From an uncultured bacterium (lineage in GTDB: Bacteria > Omnitrophota > Gorgyraeia > Zapsychrales > Aceulaceae): DNA of 64,000 nt. The notes under the pieces were generated by a model that did not search any database, was not told where the DNA came from, and saw only the letters and a list, made by a program, of their open reading frames with translations. The DNA is taken from the NCBI GenBank assembly GCA_937930175.1, contig CALGLP010000006.1, positions 65,749-129,748 on the forward strand. The letters run 5' to 3'. The position numbers and the translations under genes were made by a program. Below are positions 29,708 through 39,641 of this stretch, piece after piece. Each line of letters starts with the position of its first letter. Within the stretch, counting starts at the first letter, position 1.

Positions 29708-30283
29708 ATGCGGAGGATCATGCTTAAACGCATTTTTGATCTTATTTTAGCTGTATTCTTAATCGTTTTCTTTAGCCTTCCGATGTTGGTTGTCGCGGCA
29801 TGGATCAGATTGGGCTCTAAAGGCCCTGTTATCTTTTGGACAGATCGCGTTGGTATCAACAATGCTATTTTTAAGATGGCAAAGTTTCGGACGATGAGAA
29901 CCGATACGCCTCAAGTGGCAACACATTTGATGAAAGATCCTGAAAAGTATCTGATCCCCGGCGGAGAGCTTTTACGTAAATACAGCCTCGATGAACTTCC
30001 TCAATTATTGAATGTTCTCAAAGGGGATATGAGTTTTGTAGGTCCCAGACCTGCCTTGTTTAATCAAGATGATTTAGTGGCATTGCGCACACAAAAAGGT
30101 GTGCATGTTCTTGTTCCAGGCATAACAGGCTGGGCGCAAGTTAACGGCAGAGATGATCTGCCCATTCCTCTCAAAGCTTCTTTCGATGAATACTATCTCC
30201 ATCATCGTTCGCTTGCATTCGATCTTCGCATTCTTTTTCTCACGGCTTGGAAGGTTGTCAAAAAAGAAGGCGTGCAGCATTAA
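29708..30283 (+). CDS. polyprenyl-phosphate sugar-phosphate transferase (bacterial sugar transferase, PglC/WbaP C-terminal type)
   Basis: Single N-terminal TM then FRTM...DELPQLLNVLKGDMSFVGPRP motifs of the Bac_transf family. Alternative ATG at 29720. Confidence 0.85.
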   Translation: MRRIMLKRIFDLILAVFLIVFFSLPMLVVAAWIRLGSKGPVIFWTDRVGINNAIFKMAKFRTMRTDTPQVATHLMKDPEKYLIPGGELLRKYSLDELPQLLNVLKGDMSFVGPRPALFNQDDLVALRTQKGVHVLVPGITGWAQVNGRDDLPIPLKASFDEYYLHHRSLAFDLRILFLTAWKVVKKEGVQH

Positions 30284-30294
30284 GAGCAATTAGC

Positions 30295-30337
30295 GAAGAG
30301 TGAAGGGTGAAGGATAAATGTCTTAAGTCCAAAGTTC
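30295..30337. repeat. intergenic repeat copy A (GAAGAGTGAAGGGTGAAGG...TCTTAAGTCCAAAGTTC)
   Basis: Shares an about 35-bp core with 32117-32149; related GAGCGGATAG motif at 30404 and 32096. Confidence 0.55.
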
Positions 30338-30514
30338 GAGGTTGAAAAGGACAGGATGACGGAGGAGAAAGGTATTTGTGTTTAGTATAATAGGAAAGCG
30401 GTGAGCGGATAGCGTTTAGCGGGGAGGCAAGACGGAATAAGGAGATCTTGCAAACAGGCAAGAAAACTCGCGAGTATATTTGACTATAGTCAAAAATAAT
30501 GGTATATTGATCTC

Positions 30515-31624
30515 ATGAAACGATATTTAGAGCCTCAGATCATAAAAGATCTTGGCCGGAAAATGGTGTTTTTAGGTGGCCCACGCCAAGTCGGGAAGAC
30601 GACGCTTGCGCTTGATATCGTGAAAGACACATCATCCTATTTGAATTGGGATGTGGCTGAGCATCGCGAGAGAATCCTTAAGCGCGAACTTCCGATATCA
30701 AAAACTTTAGTTTTTGATGAAATTCATAAATACCGCGGTTGGCGCAACTATCTTAAGGGCCTCTTTGATCTTTATCGAGGGGCAAAGAGAATCCTCGTTA
30801 CGGGAAGCGCCCGCTTGGATTTGTATCGTTTTGGCGGAGATTCTCTGCAAGGGCGTTATCATTATTTGCGACTGCATCCATTATCGGCCGCCGAGCTTAA
30901 AATACGTACTTCTAAAGCGTTGATGGACCTTCTTGAGCTGGGTGGTTTTCCTGAGCCTTTTTTGCAAGGATCACAGGTGGAAGCCAAGCGCTGGTCTAGG
31001 GAATATCGCGCGCGTCTTTTGAGAGAAGACGTAGCTTCTCTAGAGAGAGTTGAAGATCTTGGTCGTCTTGAACTTTTGATGCTGCGCCTTCCTGAACTTG
31101 TTGGCAGTCCGCTTTCGATCAACGCCCTTCGTGAAGATCTTCAGGTAAGTTTTAAAGCTGTTGCAAGCTGGATCAATATCCTCGAAAGGACGTATGCAGT
31201 TTTCCGCCTTTCTCCGATTGGTGCGCCACGCATACGCGCGGTAAAAAAAGAACAAAAGCACTATCATTTTGATTGGTCCCTTATTCCTGACAAGGCAAAG
31301 CGTTTTGAAAACATGATCGCTTCACATCTTTTGAAATGGGTTCATTTTGAGCAAGATACAAAAGGACGCGATATTGAACTTAATTATTTTCGTGATATCG
31401 ATGGACGAGAAGTTGATTTTGTGATCGTTGACAATGGCAATCCAGTCTTTCTTGTTGAATGCAAATGGTCAGACGACCAAGTTTCGAAATCTTTAAGATA
31501 TCTTAAGGCGAAGTATCCCAAAGCTGCGGCTTGGCAGTTACATATGACGGGAACAAAAGACTATGAGGCGCCTGAAGATATTCGCGTTGCCCCTGCTACG
31601 GTATTTTTAAAAGATCTTGTTTAA
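30515..31624 (+). CDS. AAA-type ATPase (DUF4143 family ATP-binding protein)
   Basis: Walker A GGPRQVGKTT near the N-terminus; length and overall pattern match DUF4143 ATPases. Confidence 0.7.
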   Translation: MKRYLEPQIIKDLGRKMVFLGGPRQVGKTTLALDIVKDTSSYLNWDVAEHRERILKRELPISKTLVFDEIHKYRGWRNYLKGLFDLYRGAKRILVTGSARLDLYRFGGDSLQGRYHYLRLHPLSAAELKIRTSKALMDLLELGGFPEPFLQGSQVEAKRWSREYRARLLREDVASLERVEDLGRLELLMLRLPELVGSPLSINALREDLQVSFKAVASWINILERTYAVFRLSPIGAPRIRAVKKEQKHYHFDWSLIPDKAKRFENMIASHLLKWVHFEQDTKGRDIELNYFRDIDGREVDFVIVDNGNPVFLVECKWSDDQVSKSLRYLKAKYPKAAAWQLHMTGTKDYEAPEDIRVAPATVFLKDLV

Positions 31625-31934
31625 ACACAATATTGTTAAGGTTAGCCTTATCATTTTCTGGACAGGTTACGTTAATTGCAAAAAAGTGATCTTCAGAATG
31701 GTAGGATGAAGACTATGCACCATCGTGTAATAAGGTCCTGACTTTTTTACGCCATGGTGTATATTTTTATTATGGATAAATTGCTGGCAACTGTATGTTT
31801 GACACTTTTCTTGTGTCTTGCAGAATAATACCGTTGCTTTTGATATTCATGAATTTTATAAGCTGAATTGAGGTCTACTATGTATGAAAAGTTTCTCTTT
31901 TTATCTTTTGATGTGTTAAAAAGGGGAGCAGTAT

Positions 31935-32021
31935 AGATTTCTTGTTGTTGATAGCCGTAAGATTCGTCATATGTTGGTCTGGAAGCCATCGTTTATCATG
32001 GAGGAGGGAATCAGGAAAAGT
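31935..32021 (+). pseudogene. 3' remnant of an NAD-dependent epimerase gene
   Basis: Translates FLVVDSRKIRHMLVWKPSFIMEEGIRKSI*, colinear with the C-terminus TLVVDSSKIRNVLGWKPPFTMDEGIRESV of the epimerase at 27119-28066. No upstream ORF. Confidence 0.65.
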
Positions 32022-32116
32022 ATTTAGCATGCAGGATGGCGGATAGCTTCCGCCTTCGCCGCAGGCTTTGGCGGACAAAGATAGCGTAGAGTGTTGAGCG
32101 GATAGTGTATAGAGAT

Positions 32117-32149
32117 TAGTGAATAGTGAAGGTCTTAAGTCCAAAGTTC
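32117..32149. repeat. intergenic repeat copy B (TAGTGAATAGTGAAGG TCTTAAGTCCAAAGTTC)
   Basis: Same core as 30295-30337, followed by the related AAGTCTAAAGTCC. Confidence 0.55.
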
Positions 32150-32241
32150 TAAGTTCGGAAGTCTAAAGTCCGAGATTCTGATTGGAAAGTTTTTGATTGG
32201 ATCAGTTGCTAAAATCATTTCCTCATATATAATATATTCTT

Positions 32242-34092
32242 ATGAATATTAAGGCATTAGCTCTCAAGTTTCGTCGTGTGATCACGATGGGTGTTCACTT
32301 CATTTTGATCAGCTGTGCGTATATCTTCGCCTTTTATCTTCGGTTTGATTTTAGCGTTGCTCGAAGTTTTTGGAATACTATTTTCACAACCCTTCCTCTT
32401 CTTATTCTTATCAAAATGGTTCTTTTTGGTTACCATGGCCTTTTTTCTGGTTTATGGAAATATGCAGGCATTGATGATGTTTGGAGAATCGCCAAGGCCA
32501 ATGTGTTGTCGACCCTAGGCTTTATGGCTGCAGCTGCTTTTCTTTACCCTGGCCTTGGGATCCCACGATCGATTATTGTTTTGGATTGCCTTTTATGTTT
32601 TTGCTTGATGACTGGAGTACGCTTTGCCGTTCGTCTTTTTCGAGAACGTTTTCGTCCTATGCTTAAAGGGAGTAAGCGTAAAAGAGCTCTGGTCGTCGGA
32701 GCAGGAGAGGCTGGTGTTTTAGTTCTAAGAGAAGCGCGCAATAACCCAGAAGCCAACATCGATATTGTTGGCTTTATTGATGATGATCCTGGCAAAAGAG
32801 GTTTTCGTCTTCAGGGTGTCAAGATCATGGGGACGCGTTATGATATTGAAGCCTTGGTTGAAAAGCATGATATTGATGAGGTGGTGATCGCGATCCCATC
32901 GGCAAGCGGGGCCGTCATTCGGGATATTGTTGCCCATTGCCAGATACCGTCGATTAAGATCCGTATGGTTCCTGGGTTGCAAAAAATATTAAGCGGAGAA
33001 CAAGAGATCAAACCACGTGCCATTATTCCTGACGATCTTTTGGGTCGAGAAGCAGTCCATGTCAACGAGCAAGAAATTAAAGACTACGTCAGCAATAAAA
33101 TTGTTTTAGTGACGGGTGCAGGGGGGTCAATAGGATCAGTATTATGCAAGCAAATCGCTCGATTTTGTCCTAAAGAAATATTATTGTTTGATCACAACGA
33201 AAACGATGTTTATTTTCTAACCCTTGATTTTCTAAAGCAATACAAAGGTGTTAAATTTACAACGATTATCGGAGATATCAAGGATGTTGGAGTTTTAAAG
33301 CATGCCTTTTCACGTTACAAGCCGCAGGTTGTGTTCCATGCGGCTGCCCACAAACATGTTCCTCTCTTAGAAGAAAATCCCGTGGCCGCAGTTAAAAATA
33401 ATGTTTTGGGAACAGCCAATATGATTTATGCCTCGCATCATTATAAGGTTGAGCGATTCATTCTGATTTCAACAGATAAGGCTGTTAATCCATCGAGTGT
33501 GATGGGTGCCACCAAGCGTGTGGCGGAGATGCTCTTACAGGCCAAGGCAGAAAAGAGTCAGACCAAGTTTATGGCTGTGCGTTTTGGCAATGTGTTGGGG
33601 TCAGCGGGTAGCATTGTGCCTTTATTTATGAAGCAAATTGAGGAAGGCGGTCCATTGACCGTAACACATCCAGAGGCGCAGCGGTATTTTATGAGTATTA
33701 ACGAAGCCGTGTTGTTGGTCTTACAGGCAAGTGTGATGGGGCAGGGCGGAGAGATCTTTGTTTTGGATATGGGTGAGCAGATTAAAATTGTTGATCTGGC
33801 GAAGGATCTGATTATTCTTTCTGGGCTTGTGCCGGAGAAAGATATCAAAATTGCTTTTGTTGGACTTCGTCCAGGGGAGAAGCTAAAAGAAGAGCTATTT
33901 CTTAATCGAGAGCGAGATAAGGCTACTCATTATGATAAAATTTTTGTAGCGCCACCGGATACCTTTGACATTCGAGCCTTAAGAAGGAAAATTCATAAGC
34001 TTTTATTATGTGCGCGGGATTATGATTGTGTGAAAACCGTTGAGCTGTTAAATGAGATTGTTGCGGAAGCTGAGCCAAGGGGAAAAGTATAA
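32242..34092 (+). CDS. membrane-anchored NDP-sugar 4,6-dehydratase (CapD/WbpM/PglF family polysaccharide biosynthesis protein)
   Basis: Four N-terminal TM helices, a first Rossmann-like domain (LVVGAGEAG) and a second SDR domain (LVTGAGGSIGS...MGATKR). Typical 600+ aa architecture. Confidence 0.9.
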   Translation: MNIKALALKFRRVITMGVHFILISCAYIFAFYLRFDFSVARSFWNTIFTTLPLLILIKMVLFGYHGLFSGLWKYAGIDDVWRIAKANVLSTLGFMAAAAFLYPGLGIPRSIIVLDCLLCFCLMTGVRFAVRLFRERFRPMLKGSKRKRALVVGAGEAGVLVLREARNNPEANIDIVGFIDDDPGKRGFRLQGVKIMGTRYDIEALVEKHDIDEVVIAIPSASGAVIRDIVAHCQIPSIKIRMVPGLQKILSGEQEIKPRAIIPDDLLGREAVHVNEQEIKDYVSNKIVLVTGAGGSIGSVLCKQIARFCPKEILLFDHNENDVYFLTLDFLKQYKGVKFTTIIGDIKDVGVLKHAFSRYKPQVVFHAAAHKHVPLLEENPVAAVKNNVLGTANMIYASHHYKVERFILISTDKAVNPSSVMGATKRVAEMLLQAKAEKSQTKFMAVRFGNVLGSAGSIVPLFMKQIEEGGPLTVTHPEAQRYFMSINEAVLLVLQASVMGQGGEIFVLDMGEQIKIVDLAKDLIILSGLVPEKDIKIAFVGLRPGEKLKEELFLNRERDKATHYDKIFVAPPDTFDIRALRRKIHKLLLCARDYDCVKTVELLNEIVAEAEPRGKV

Positions 34093-34118
34093 ATTCTAAA
34101 AAGAAAAAAGGTTAAAGA

Positions 34119-35327
34119 GTGAATCGCCAAAGAATCGCTGCTGTATCAGAAAAAGTCATCGAGTATGGCTTTTATGGTTTGATCTTTTTTCTTCCAATCT
34201 CCAAAGCACTCGTTGAATCATTCGTAGGCCTTGTTATTTTCGCGTTCATCATTAAAAAGATAGCGAGTCGGGATTTTTCACGTATCAAGGCAGATGCTGA
34301 AATATTTTGGCTTCTTTTGGCCCTGCTTGTTTTTAATGCGCTGTCTTTGATTAATAGTGGACCTTTCTTAGCCAAAGGGCTCAAGGCTTTATTGACGAAA
34401 TGGACAGAGTATTTTCTTATTTTTATGATCGCGATCGATCATTTTAAAGACGCGAAATTGATCAAAAGATTTCTTTATGTCTTTGTTTGTGGCGCCATGT
34501 TTGTTGGGATTTCAGCCCTTACTCAGAGATTTCTTGGATTTGAATTCTTTCGACATCGAAGCCTGGCAGGGCAAGCCGTGACAGGACCTTTTGAAAATCC
34601 AAATAGTCTTTCTTCCTATCTTGTTCTTTGTTTACCGTTGGTCATTGCTCTAGCGTGTCTTCATTGGCGCAAGAAAGTGATCGCCATGTTGATAGCCTTG
34701 GCTTGCCTTACGTTATTGGGTGCCCTTCTCTTAACCTTTTCGAGATCTGGATGGCTAGGATTTCTTTTAGGCATGGTTGCCACCATCCTCGTGTTTAGAA
34801 AAAAGAAACTGTCATTATTTATTTTGGCAAGTTTTATTTTAGCTTTATTCTTGATGCTTCCTTTTGGTCAAAGGATTTCGCAGTCTTTCACTGTAGGAGG
34901 CGATTCCCAGAGATTTGTTCTTTGGCGGGGAGCTATTGAAATGATTCTTGAGCATCCATTCTTGGGCAAGGGTTTGGGGACCTTTATGGACTATTCTTCT
35001 TTGTATGTGCCTGGCCTCGGTGGTTACTACGCGCATAATTCTTTTTTACAAATGTGGGCTGAGAGCGGGGTATTTACGTTGATTGCTTTTTTATCTTTGG
35101 TTATTTTTGTTTTGTATTCTGGAGTACTTGTTTATTTCAAAAATCGCTTAGACAGTTCTAGCATTTTTCTTGGTGGCTTAATAGGTGGTCTTTTTGGTTT
35201 TTTGGTAGCCAGTTTCTTTGATGTTCAACTGTATTCGGTGCAATTGAGTGTTCTTTTTTGGGTGATGCTTGGGGTGACCGCGGCTCTTGAGAGTATTCTT
35301 TTAAGAAAAGGTGATAGTCGTGTCTAA
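34119..35327 (+). CDS. O-antigen ligase family membrane protein (Wzy_C)
   Basis: Polytopic protein with SRSGWLGFLLG and a periplasmic loop. GTG start. Paralogous to the next gene. Confidence 0.75.
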   Translation: MNRQRIAAVSEKVIEYGFYGLIFFLPISKALVESFVGLVIFAFIIKKIASRDFSRIKADAEIFWLLLALLVFNALSLINSGPFLAKGLKALLTKWTEYFLIFMIAIDHFKDAKLIKRFLYVFVCGAMFVGISALTQRFLGFEFFRHRSLAGQAVTGPFENPNSLSSYLVLCLPLVIALACLHWRKKVIAMLIALACLTLLGALLLTFSRSGWLGFLLGMVATILVFRKKKLSLFILASFILALFLMLPFGQRISQSFTVGGDSQRFVLWRGAIEMILEHPFLGKGLGTFMDYSSLYVPGLGGYYAHNSFLQMWAESGVFTLIAFLSLVIFVLYSGVLVYFKNRLDSSSIFLGGLIGGLFGFLVASFFDVQLYSVQLSVLFWVMLGVTAALESILLRKGDSRV

Positions 35328-36618
35328 GGAAGATATCATAAGAATAGCAGATAAGGTTATTGAGTATGCCCTTTATGGGCTTATTGTTTTTATTCCTATT
35401 TCTATTGCGGGGGTTGGGATTTTATGTCCTTTAGCTATTGTTGCTTTTCTTGTTAAGACGTGCTTGAGCCCTGATTTTCAGTTTATCAAGGATAATAAGC
35501 TTATATATATTTTTCTTTTGTTGTTTATTATTTTTATGGCGATGTCGTTATTAAACAGCGGTCCTTATTTGATTAAAGGGTTAAGAGCTCTTTTTGGTAA
35601 ATGGATGCAGTATATTTTTATTTTTATCATTGCGGCCGATACTTTTAGAAAGCCTAAGCGTGCAAGGAATGCCATTGTTTTAATGTTGTGTGTTCTTGGG
35701 ATAGTTGTTTTATCTGGGTATTCTCAAAGATTTCTTGGTTTTGAGTTTTTGCGAAACGAAAGCGATGCTCTGGGTCAAGGTGCTATTGCTGACGTGACTT
35801 CTGCGTTTAAGAATCGCAACGCGCTTGCTGGATATCTTGTGTTCTTCTTAGCTTTGGTTCTGAGCGTAAGCGTTATTCGATTTAAGAAAAAGATTTATGA
35901 GTTCTTCGCATCCGCTCTTGTGTTTCTTTCTGGGGGAGTGCTTTTGCTAACGCTTTCACGGGGAGGATGGCTAGGATTCTTCTTGGGCGGGTTTATGTTA
36001 GCCGCAATAACAAAAAGATATAAGCTCATTCTATTATTTCTAATTCTTTTTATTGTTGGTATATTCTCAATGTCAGTTTTGAGAGAAAGAGCAATGGTTG
36101 CTTTTGGTCCTAGCGCGAGCTCTCCGATCAGCCTTGTGGGGGAATCTTCCGATAATGGGAGCGCAATCGGAACATCTCGCTTTGTCGGAGATCCTTCAAG
36201 ATTTGCCATATGGCAGGCAGCACTAGCTATGATCAAAGAAAATCCTTTTTTAGGAAAAGGGCTTGGGACATTTATGGATTATTTCCCCCAATACACAAAG
36301 GATATAGGTATATTTTATACTCACAATTGTTACCTACAGATATGGGCTGAGAGCGGGATTTTCTCACTCCTCTTTTTTCTTTCTTTTGTAGGGTTTATTT
36401 TATGTCAAGCAGGTTCTATTGCCTTCATTAATCGACAGAATAATCTTGGCCTTATTTTAGGAGGCTTTGTTGCTGGTCTTTTTGGTTTTTTGATCCACAG
36501 TGCTTTTGATAATCATCTTTATTCAGTCCAGCTCAAGGCGCTTTTCTGGCTTATGCTGGGGATGACTCAGGCGATATGTGCGCTGGTTTGCGGCGATCGA
36601 GATGAGAGCGTTCGATAG
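35311..36618 (+). CDS. O-antigen ligase family membrane protein (Wzy_C), tandem paralogue
   Basis: Colinear with 34119-35327 (RIADKVIEYALYGLIVFIPIS versus RIAAVSEKVIEYGFYGLIFFLPIS; SRGGWLGFFLG; HNCYLQIWAESG versus HNSFLQMWAESG). Confidence 0.75.
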   Translation: MIVVSKEDIIRIADKVIEYALYGLIVFIPISIAGVGILCPLAIVAFLVKTCLSPDFQFIKDNKLIYIFLLLFIIFMAMSLLNSGPYLIKGLRALFGKWMQYIFIFIIAADTFRKPKRARNAIVLMLCVLGIVVLSGYSQRFLGFEFLRNESDALGQGAIADVTSAFKNRNALAGYLVFFLALVLSVSVIRFKKKIYEFFASALVFLSGGVLLLTLSRGGWLGFFLGGFMLAAITKRYKLILLFLILFIVGIFSMSVLRERAMVAFGPSASSPISLVGESSDNGSAIGTSRFVGDPSRFAIWQAALAMIKENPFLGKGLGTFMDYFPQYTKDIGIFYTHNCYLQIWAESGIFSLLFFLSFVGFILCQAGSIAFINRQNNLGLILGGFVAGLFGFLIHSAFDNHLYSVQLKALFWLMLGMTQAICALVCGDRDESVR

Positions 36619-36723
36619 TTAGCACTATGCGCCTTTGTTTTAAGTTATTTAACGGATCGATATTTAAGGGTATTTAGTTAGAAAAGAAATAAGCTGTTAT
36701 TAATAGTGAGGAATAGCGCGAAA

Positions 36724-37851
36724 ATGAACTTTTATCAGGTAAAAGATTATCCTAAAGAAGTTTTTGAGCATTTCACGCGTAAAAAAAAGTATTTACGTTT
36801 ACAGGGAGTTGTCAAGACTATTGCGTTTCATAAGCCAGGAGCTGGGCTTGGTGATCTTGTTTTGTGCGTCCCTGTCTTGCGGGCGCTTAAGAAAATGTTC
36901 CCATCAGCAAAATTGTATTTTTTTGGTTCTTATAGCCCTGTCTATGATTCTGTTTTTAAGGCTATTCCTTATATTGATGGCTTTATTTCAAATGTTGAGC
37001 CAGCAAAGCAAGAAATTTTTAAAGGTTTTTCGATCTTTTTTAAAAAGTATTTTAAGAAATTCGACCTTATTATCTCTGGGCAGTCTAAGCTTAAGCCTTC
37101 GCTGCGTTTGTGGTTGTTGTTCCCGGCGATTTATATCTCGCGAAATCCTTTTTTGTCGCGATGGAAGATACTTGATTCTCGATTTTACAAAAAAAGTAAT
37201 GTTCATGTTGTTTCTCAAATGGCGGCACCTGTTAAAGTCCTCGGCGCAGGAGAGATCGATTATAGTCCAAAGATAGAGATTTCTGAAAAATACCTTTCTC
37301 TTGCCAAGTCTTTTCTTGCTCATTTTACAGGTCCATTTATATCGATCATACCTTCTTCGGGTAATTTTCACAGGAATTGGGAAGAGGCTAAGTATGCCTT
37401 GCTTGGAGATCGATTAGTACAGATGGGGTATCGCATTATATTGGTTGGTAATGATAAAGAAATTCTTCTTCGTCTAAGAAATTTAATGCATGCAAAGCCG
37501 ATTATTCCTTGCCTTGAAGAGGAAAAGTTTGGGCAAGATCCAGTCTATAGCATAGGTCTCTTAAAGCTTTCACGTTTAGCTATTGGAAGTGATGGAGGGG
37601 GAGTGCATCTCTCGTCGCTAGCGGGTTGTCCTGTTGTGGCGTTATACGGACCAAGCTCATTTGTTAAATGGGGCCCTTTAGGTCAAAACAATGTTGTTAT
37701 CTCAAAAGATCCTGAATGTTCGCCTTGCCGGTATGTTCATATGAAGGAATTAAAGGAATGTGAATATGATCGAAAATGCTTAAAATTGATAACCGTTGAC
37801 GAAGTGATGAACGCGGTTAATTTTATTCTAGAGAAGACGAATTCACACTAG
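36724..37851 (+). CDS. glycosyltransferase family 9 (heptosyltransferase-like)
   Basis: GAGLGDLVLCVPVLRALKK and GSDGGGVHLSSLAGCPVVALYGPS motifs of GT9. GAGGAA RBS before ATG 36724. Confidence 0.85.
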   Translation: MNFYQVKDYPKEVFEHFTRKKKYLRLQGVVKTIAFHKPGAGLGDLVLCVPVLRALKKMFPSAKLYFFGSYSPVYDSVFKAIPYIDGFISNVEPAKQEIFKGFSIFFKKYFKKFDLIISGQSKLKPSLRLWLLFPAIYISRNPFLSRWKILDSRFYKKSNVHVVSQMAAPVKVLGAGEIDYSPKIEISEKYLSLAKSFLAHFTGPFISIIPSSGNFHRNWEEAKYALLGDRLVQMGYRIILVGNDKEILLRLRNLMHAKPIIPCLEEEKFGQDPVYSIGLLKLSRLAIGSDGGGVHLSSLAGCPVVALYGPSSFVKWGPLGQNNVVISKDPECSPCRYVHMKELKECEYDRKCLKLITVDEVMNAVNFILEKTNSH

Positions 37852-37860
37852 GAAAGTTTA

Positions 37861-39066
37861 GTGATGTTGGACTCATTAACACAAGGATTCTGTGTTGGAG
37901 GGTTTTTCTTGAAAAGAAAGTTTATAATTATTTTAATTCTAGCCATAGGGGTTAAGCTTTCTCTCTTCATATGTGGCACTATGAGTGTGCCTGAAAGCAG
38001 GATGATGCCGGATTCAGCTTCTTATATGGAAATTGCAAAGAACCTGGCTGAAAGGGGGCAATTTGAAAGGCAGGGTCCAAAGAGTGTTTTTGCGCCAGAG
38101 ATTTTGCGTACCCCCGGATATCCTTTTTTTCTTCTTTTTTTCCATCACTGTTTGAACATTCCTATCCTTGGCGTGCTTTTTATTCAACTTATGTTAACGG
38201 TTGCTGTAGGTGGGATAACTTATTTTATAGCTCAGCGTGTTGATAGTAAAATTGCGCTGCTTAGCGCCACAATTGTTTTATTTGACCCGCCTGTTTCTAT
38301 TTTTTCTGTTATGGTGTTGACTGAGGCTTTATTCTTGTTGTTATTAACAATATTTTTATTTCTCGTTATTCAATATATGAATGATAAGAAATTTTATTGG
38401 CTAGGGTGGTCAGCGCTTTCTTTGGCTTTAGCTACTTATGTTCGACCGATTGGTTATTTCTTAGCCATTCCTGTGGCGTGTTTTATCGTGTGCGTTCATC
38501 GTCGGTATGGCTTTAAGCGGGTCGTTGGACATATTTTGATATTTTTGGCTCTCGTTTATGGTTTGCTGGGGGCGTGGCAAGTTAGGAATTACTATTGTTG
38601 CGGCACTAGTTCTTTTGCAACGGTTGGTAATCAAAACTTTAGAAAACATGGCTTTTTTCGATCTTTTACACAGGAGAATGATCTTTTTTCTCAGGCAGTA
38701 AGTTTTGTCGATACGGGGTGGAGATGTTTTCTTTCTATGATGACGGAACCTGGATCCTTAAAATATTTTAAAAGCACGTTTGCAACGAAGATCGGGAAGT
38801 CTTTCTTTTATCCTTGGATGGCTTTCTGGTTTATGGGTTTCTTGGCAGGGTGTCTGTGTGTTAGAAAAGATACTCGCTATCAGTTTCTTTTTATGGTTAT
38901 TTTGTATTTTTTAGGAGTTACAATTTTAAATATTGGCTTTGCTGCATCTGACAGATTTCGCGTGCCGATTGTGCCGGCGATTGCTATCTTATCGGCTTAT
39001 GGATGGTCACAAATCGTTGCTTGGGCGCAAAAGATATGGTCGCGGAGGTGTTTTAAGTGTTGTTAA
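37861..39066 (+). CDS. polytopic membrane protein, putative lipid-carrier-dependent GT-C glycosyltransferase (ArnT/PMT-like)
   Basis: About 11 TM helices with an N-terminal periplasmic-loop PDSASYMEIAKNLAERG motif resembling GT39/GT83 enzymes; no other diagnostic motif. Confidence 0.5.
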   Translation: MMLDSLTQGFCVGGFFLKRKFIIILILAIGVKLSLFICGTMSVPESRMMPDSASYMEIAKNLAERGQFERQGPKSVFAPEILRTPGYPFFLLFFHHCLNIPILGVLFIQLMLTVAVGGITYFIAQRVDSKIALLSATIVLFDPPVSIFSVMVLTEALFLLLLTIFLFLVIQYMNDKKFYWLGWSALSLALATYVRPIGYFLAIPVACFIVCVHRRYGFKRVVGHILIFLALVYGLLGAWQVRNYYCCGTSSFATVGNQNFRKHGFFRSFTQENDLFSQAVSFVDTGWRCFLSMMTEPGSLKYFKSTFATKIGKSFFYPWMAFWFMGFLAGCLCVRKDTRYQFLFMVILYFLGVTILNIGFAASDRFRVPIVPAIAILSAYGWSQIVAWAQKIWSRRCFKCC

Positions 39067-39085
39067 GAAAGAGGAGGAAAGCAGC

Positions 39086-39523
39086 ATGACTGTTTTGCAT
39101 AAAATCCTGATCAAAGATATTATGGTGACAAAGGTGATTTCTCTGGGCCTGGATGCCAAATTTAGCCAGGTTTGGGAGATGTTTACGGTTCATAAGATTC
39201 GCCACTTGCCGGTTGTGAATCATGAAAAAAAGCTCAAAGGCCTTATCACGCAAAGGGACTTTTATCGCATTGTTCCACCGCGTAGAGAAGTGGAGGATGA
39301 TGGATCTTTTTATTTAAATGAAGAGCTTGATAAGTTTATCCTGCAGAAAGTCATGACGCAGAGCGTCATGACGCTTTTACCCCAAGATACCCTGGGAAAG
39401 GCGATCAATGTGATGGTTACACGAAAATACGGATGCCTTCCTATTGTTGATGAAAAAGGTATTTTGGTTGGAATTCTTACCCAGACAGACGCCCTCCGGG
39501 CGATCGCCAATTATTTTCTCTAA
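39086..39523 (+). CDS. CBS domain pair protein
   Basis: Two CBS repeats (IMVTKVISL... and GCLPIVDEKGILVGILTQTD). Strong GAGGAGGAAAG RBS before ATG 39086; the ORF track start 38933 overlaps the upstream gene. Confidence 0.75.
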   Translation: MTVLHKILIKDIMVTKVISLGLDAKFSQVWEMFTVHKIRHLPVVNHEKKLKGLITQRDFYRIVPPRREVEDDGSFYLNEELDKFILQKVMTQSVMTLLPQDTLGKAINVMVTRKYGCLPIVDEKGILVGILTQTDALRAIANYFL

Positions 39524-39586
39524 TATTATAATTGTGTACTTAGCTAATTTTTAAGAAATAAAATGGCAAATTTGTGTCTTTTTAGT

Positions 39587-39614
39587 TTGACTCTTTGAAC
39601 CTCTATATTATAAT
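39587..39614 (+). promoter_or_regulatory. sigma70-like promoter (-35 TTGACT, 16-nt spacer, -10 TATAAT)
   Basis: TTGACT at 39587-39592 and TATAAT at 39609-39614. The -10 box lies inside operator palindrome 1. Confidence 0.55.
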
Positions 39615-39633
39615 GAGCATATGCTCATTATAA
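39608..39633. promoter_or_regulatory. perfect 26-bp palindrome TTATAATGAGCATATGCTCATTATAA (operator site 1)
   Basis: Its reverse complement is identical to itself. Overlaps the -10 element. Confidence 0.7.
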
Positions 39634-39641
39634 ATGGGCGG

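Noticed and set aside
32315-33065. Five 61-85 aa ORFs overlapping the CapD/PglF-like gene
   Set aside because: Alternative-frame artefacts of a well-supported two-domain dehydratase CDS.
36764-37371. 170-aa + strand and 127-aa minus-strand ORFs overlapping the GT9 heptosyltransferase-like gene
   Set aside because: These are alternative frames of a CDS with clear GT9 motifs. The translations are Cys/Leu/Ser-rich low complexity.
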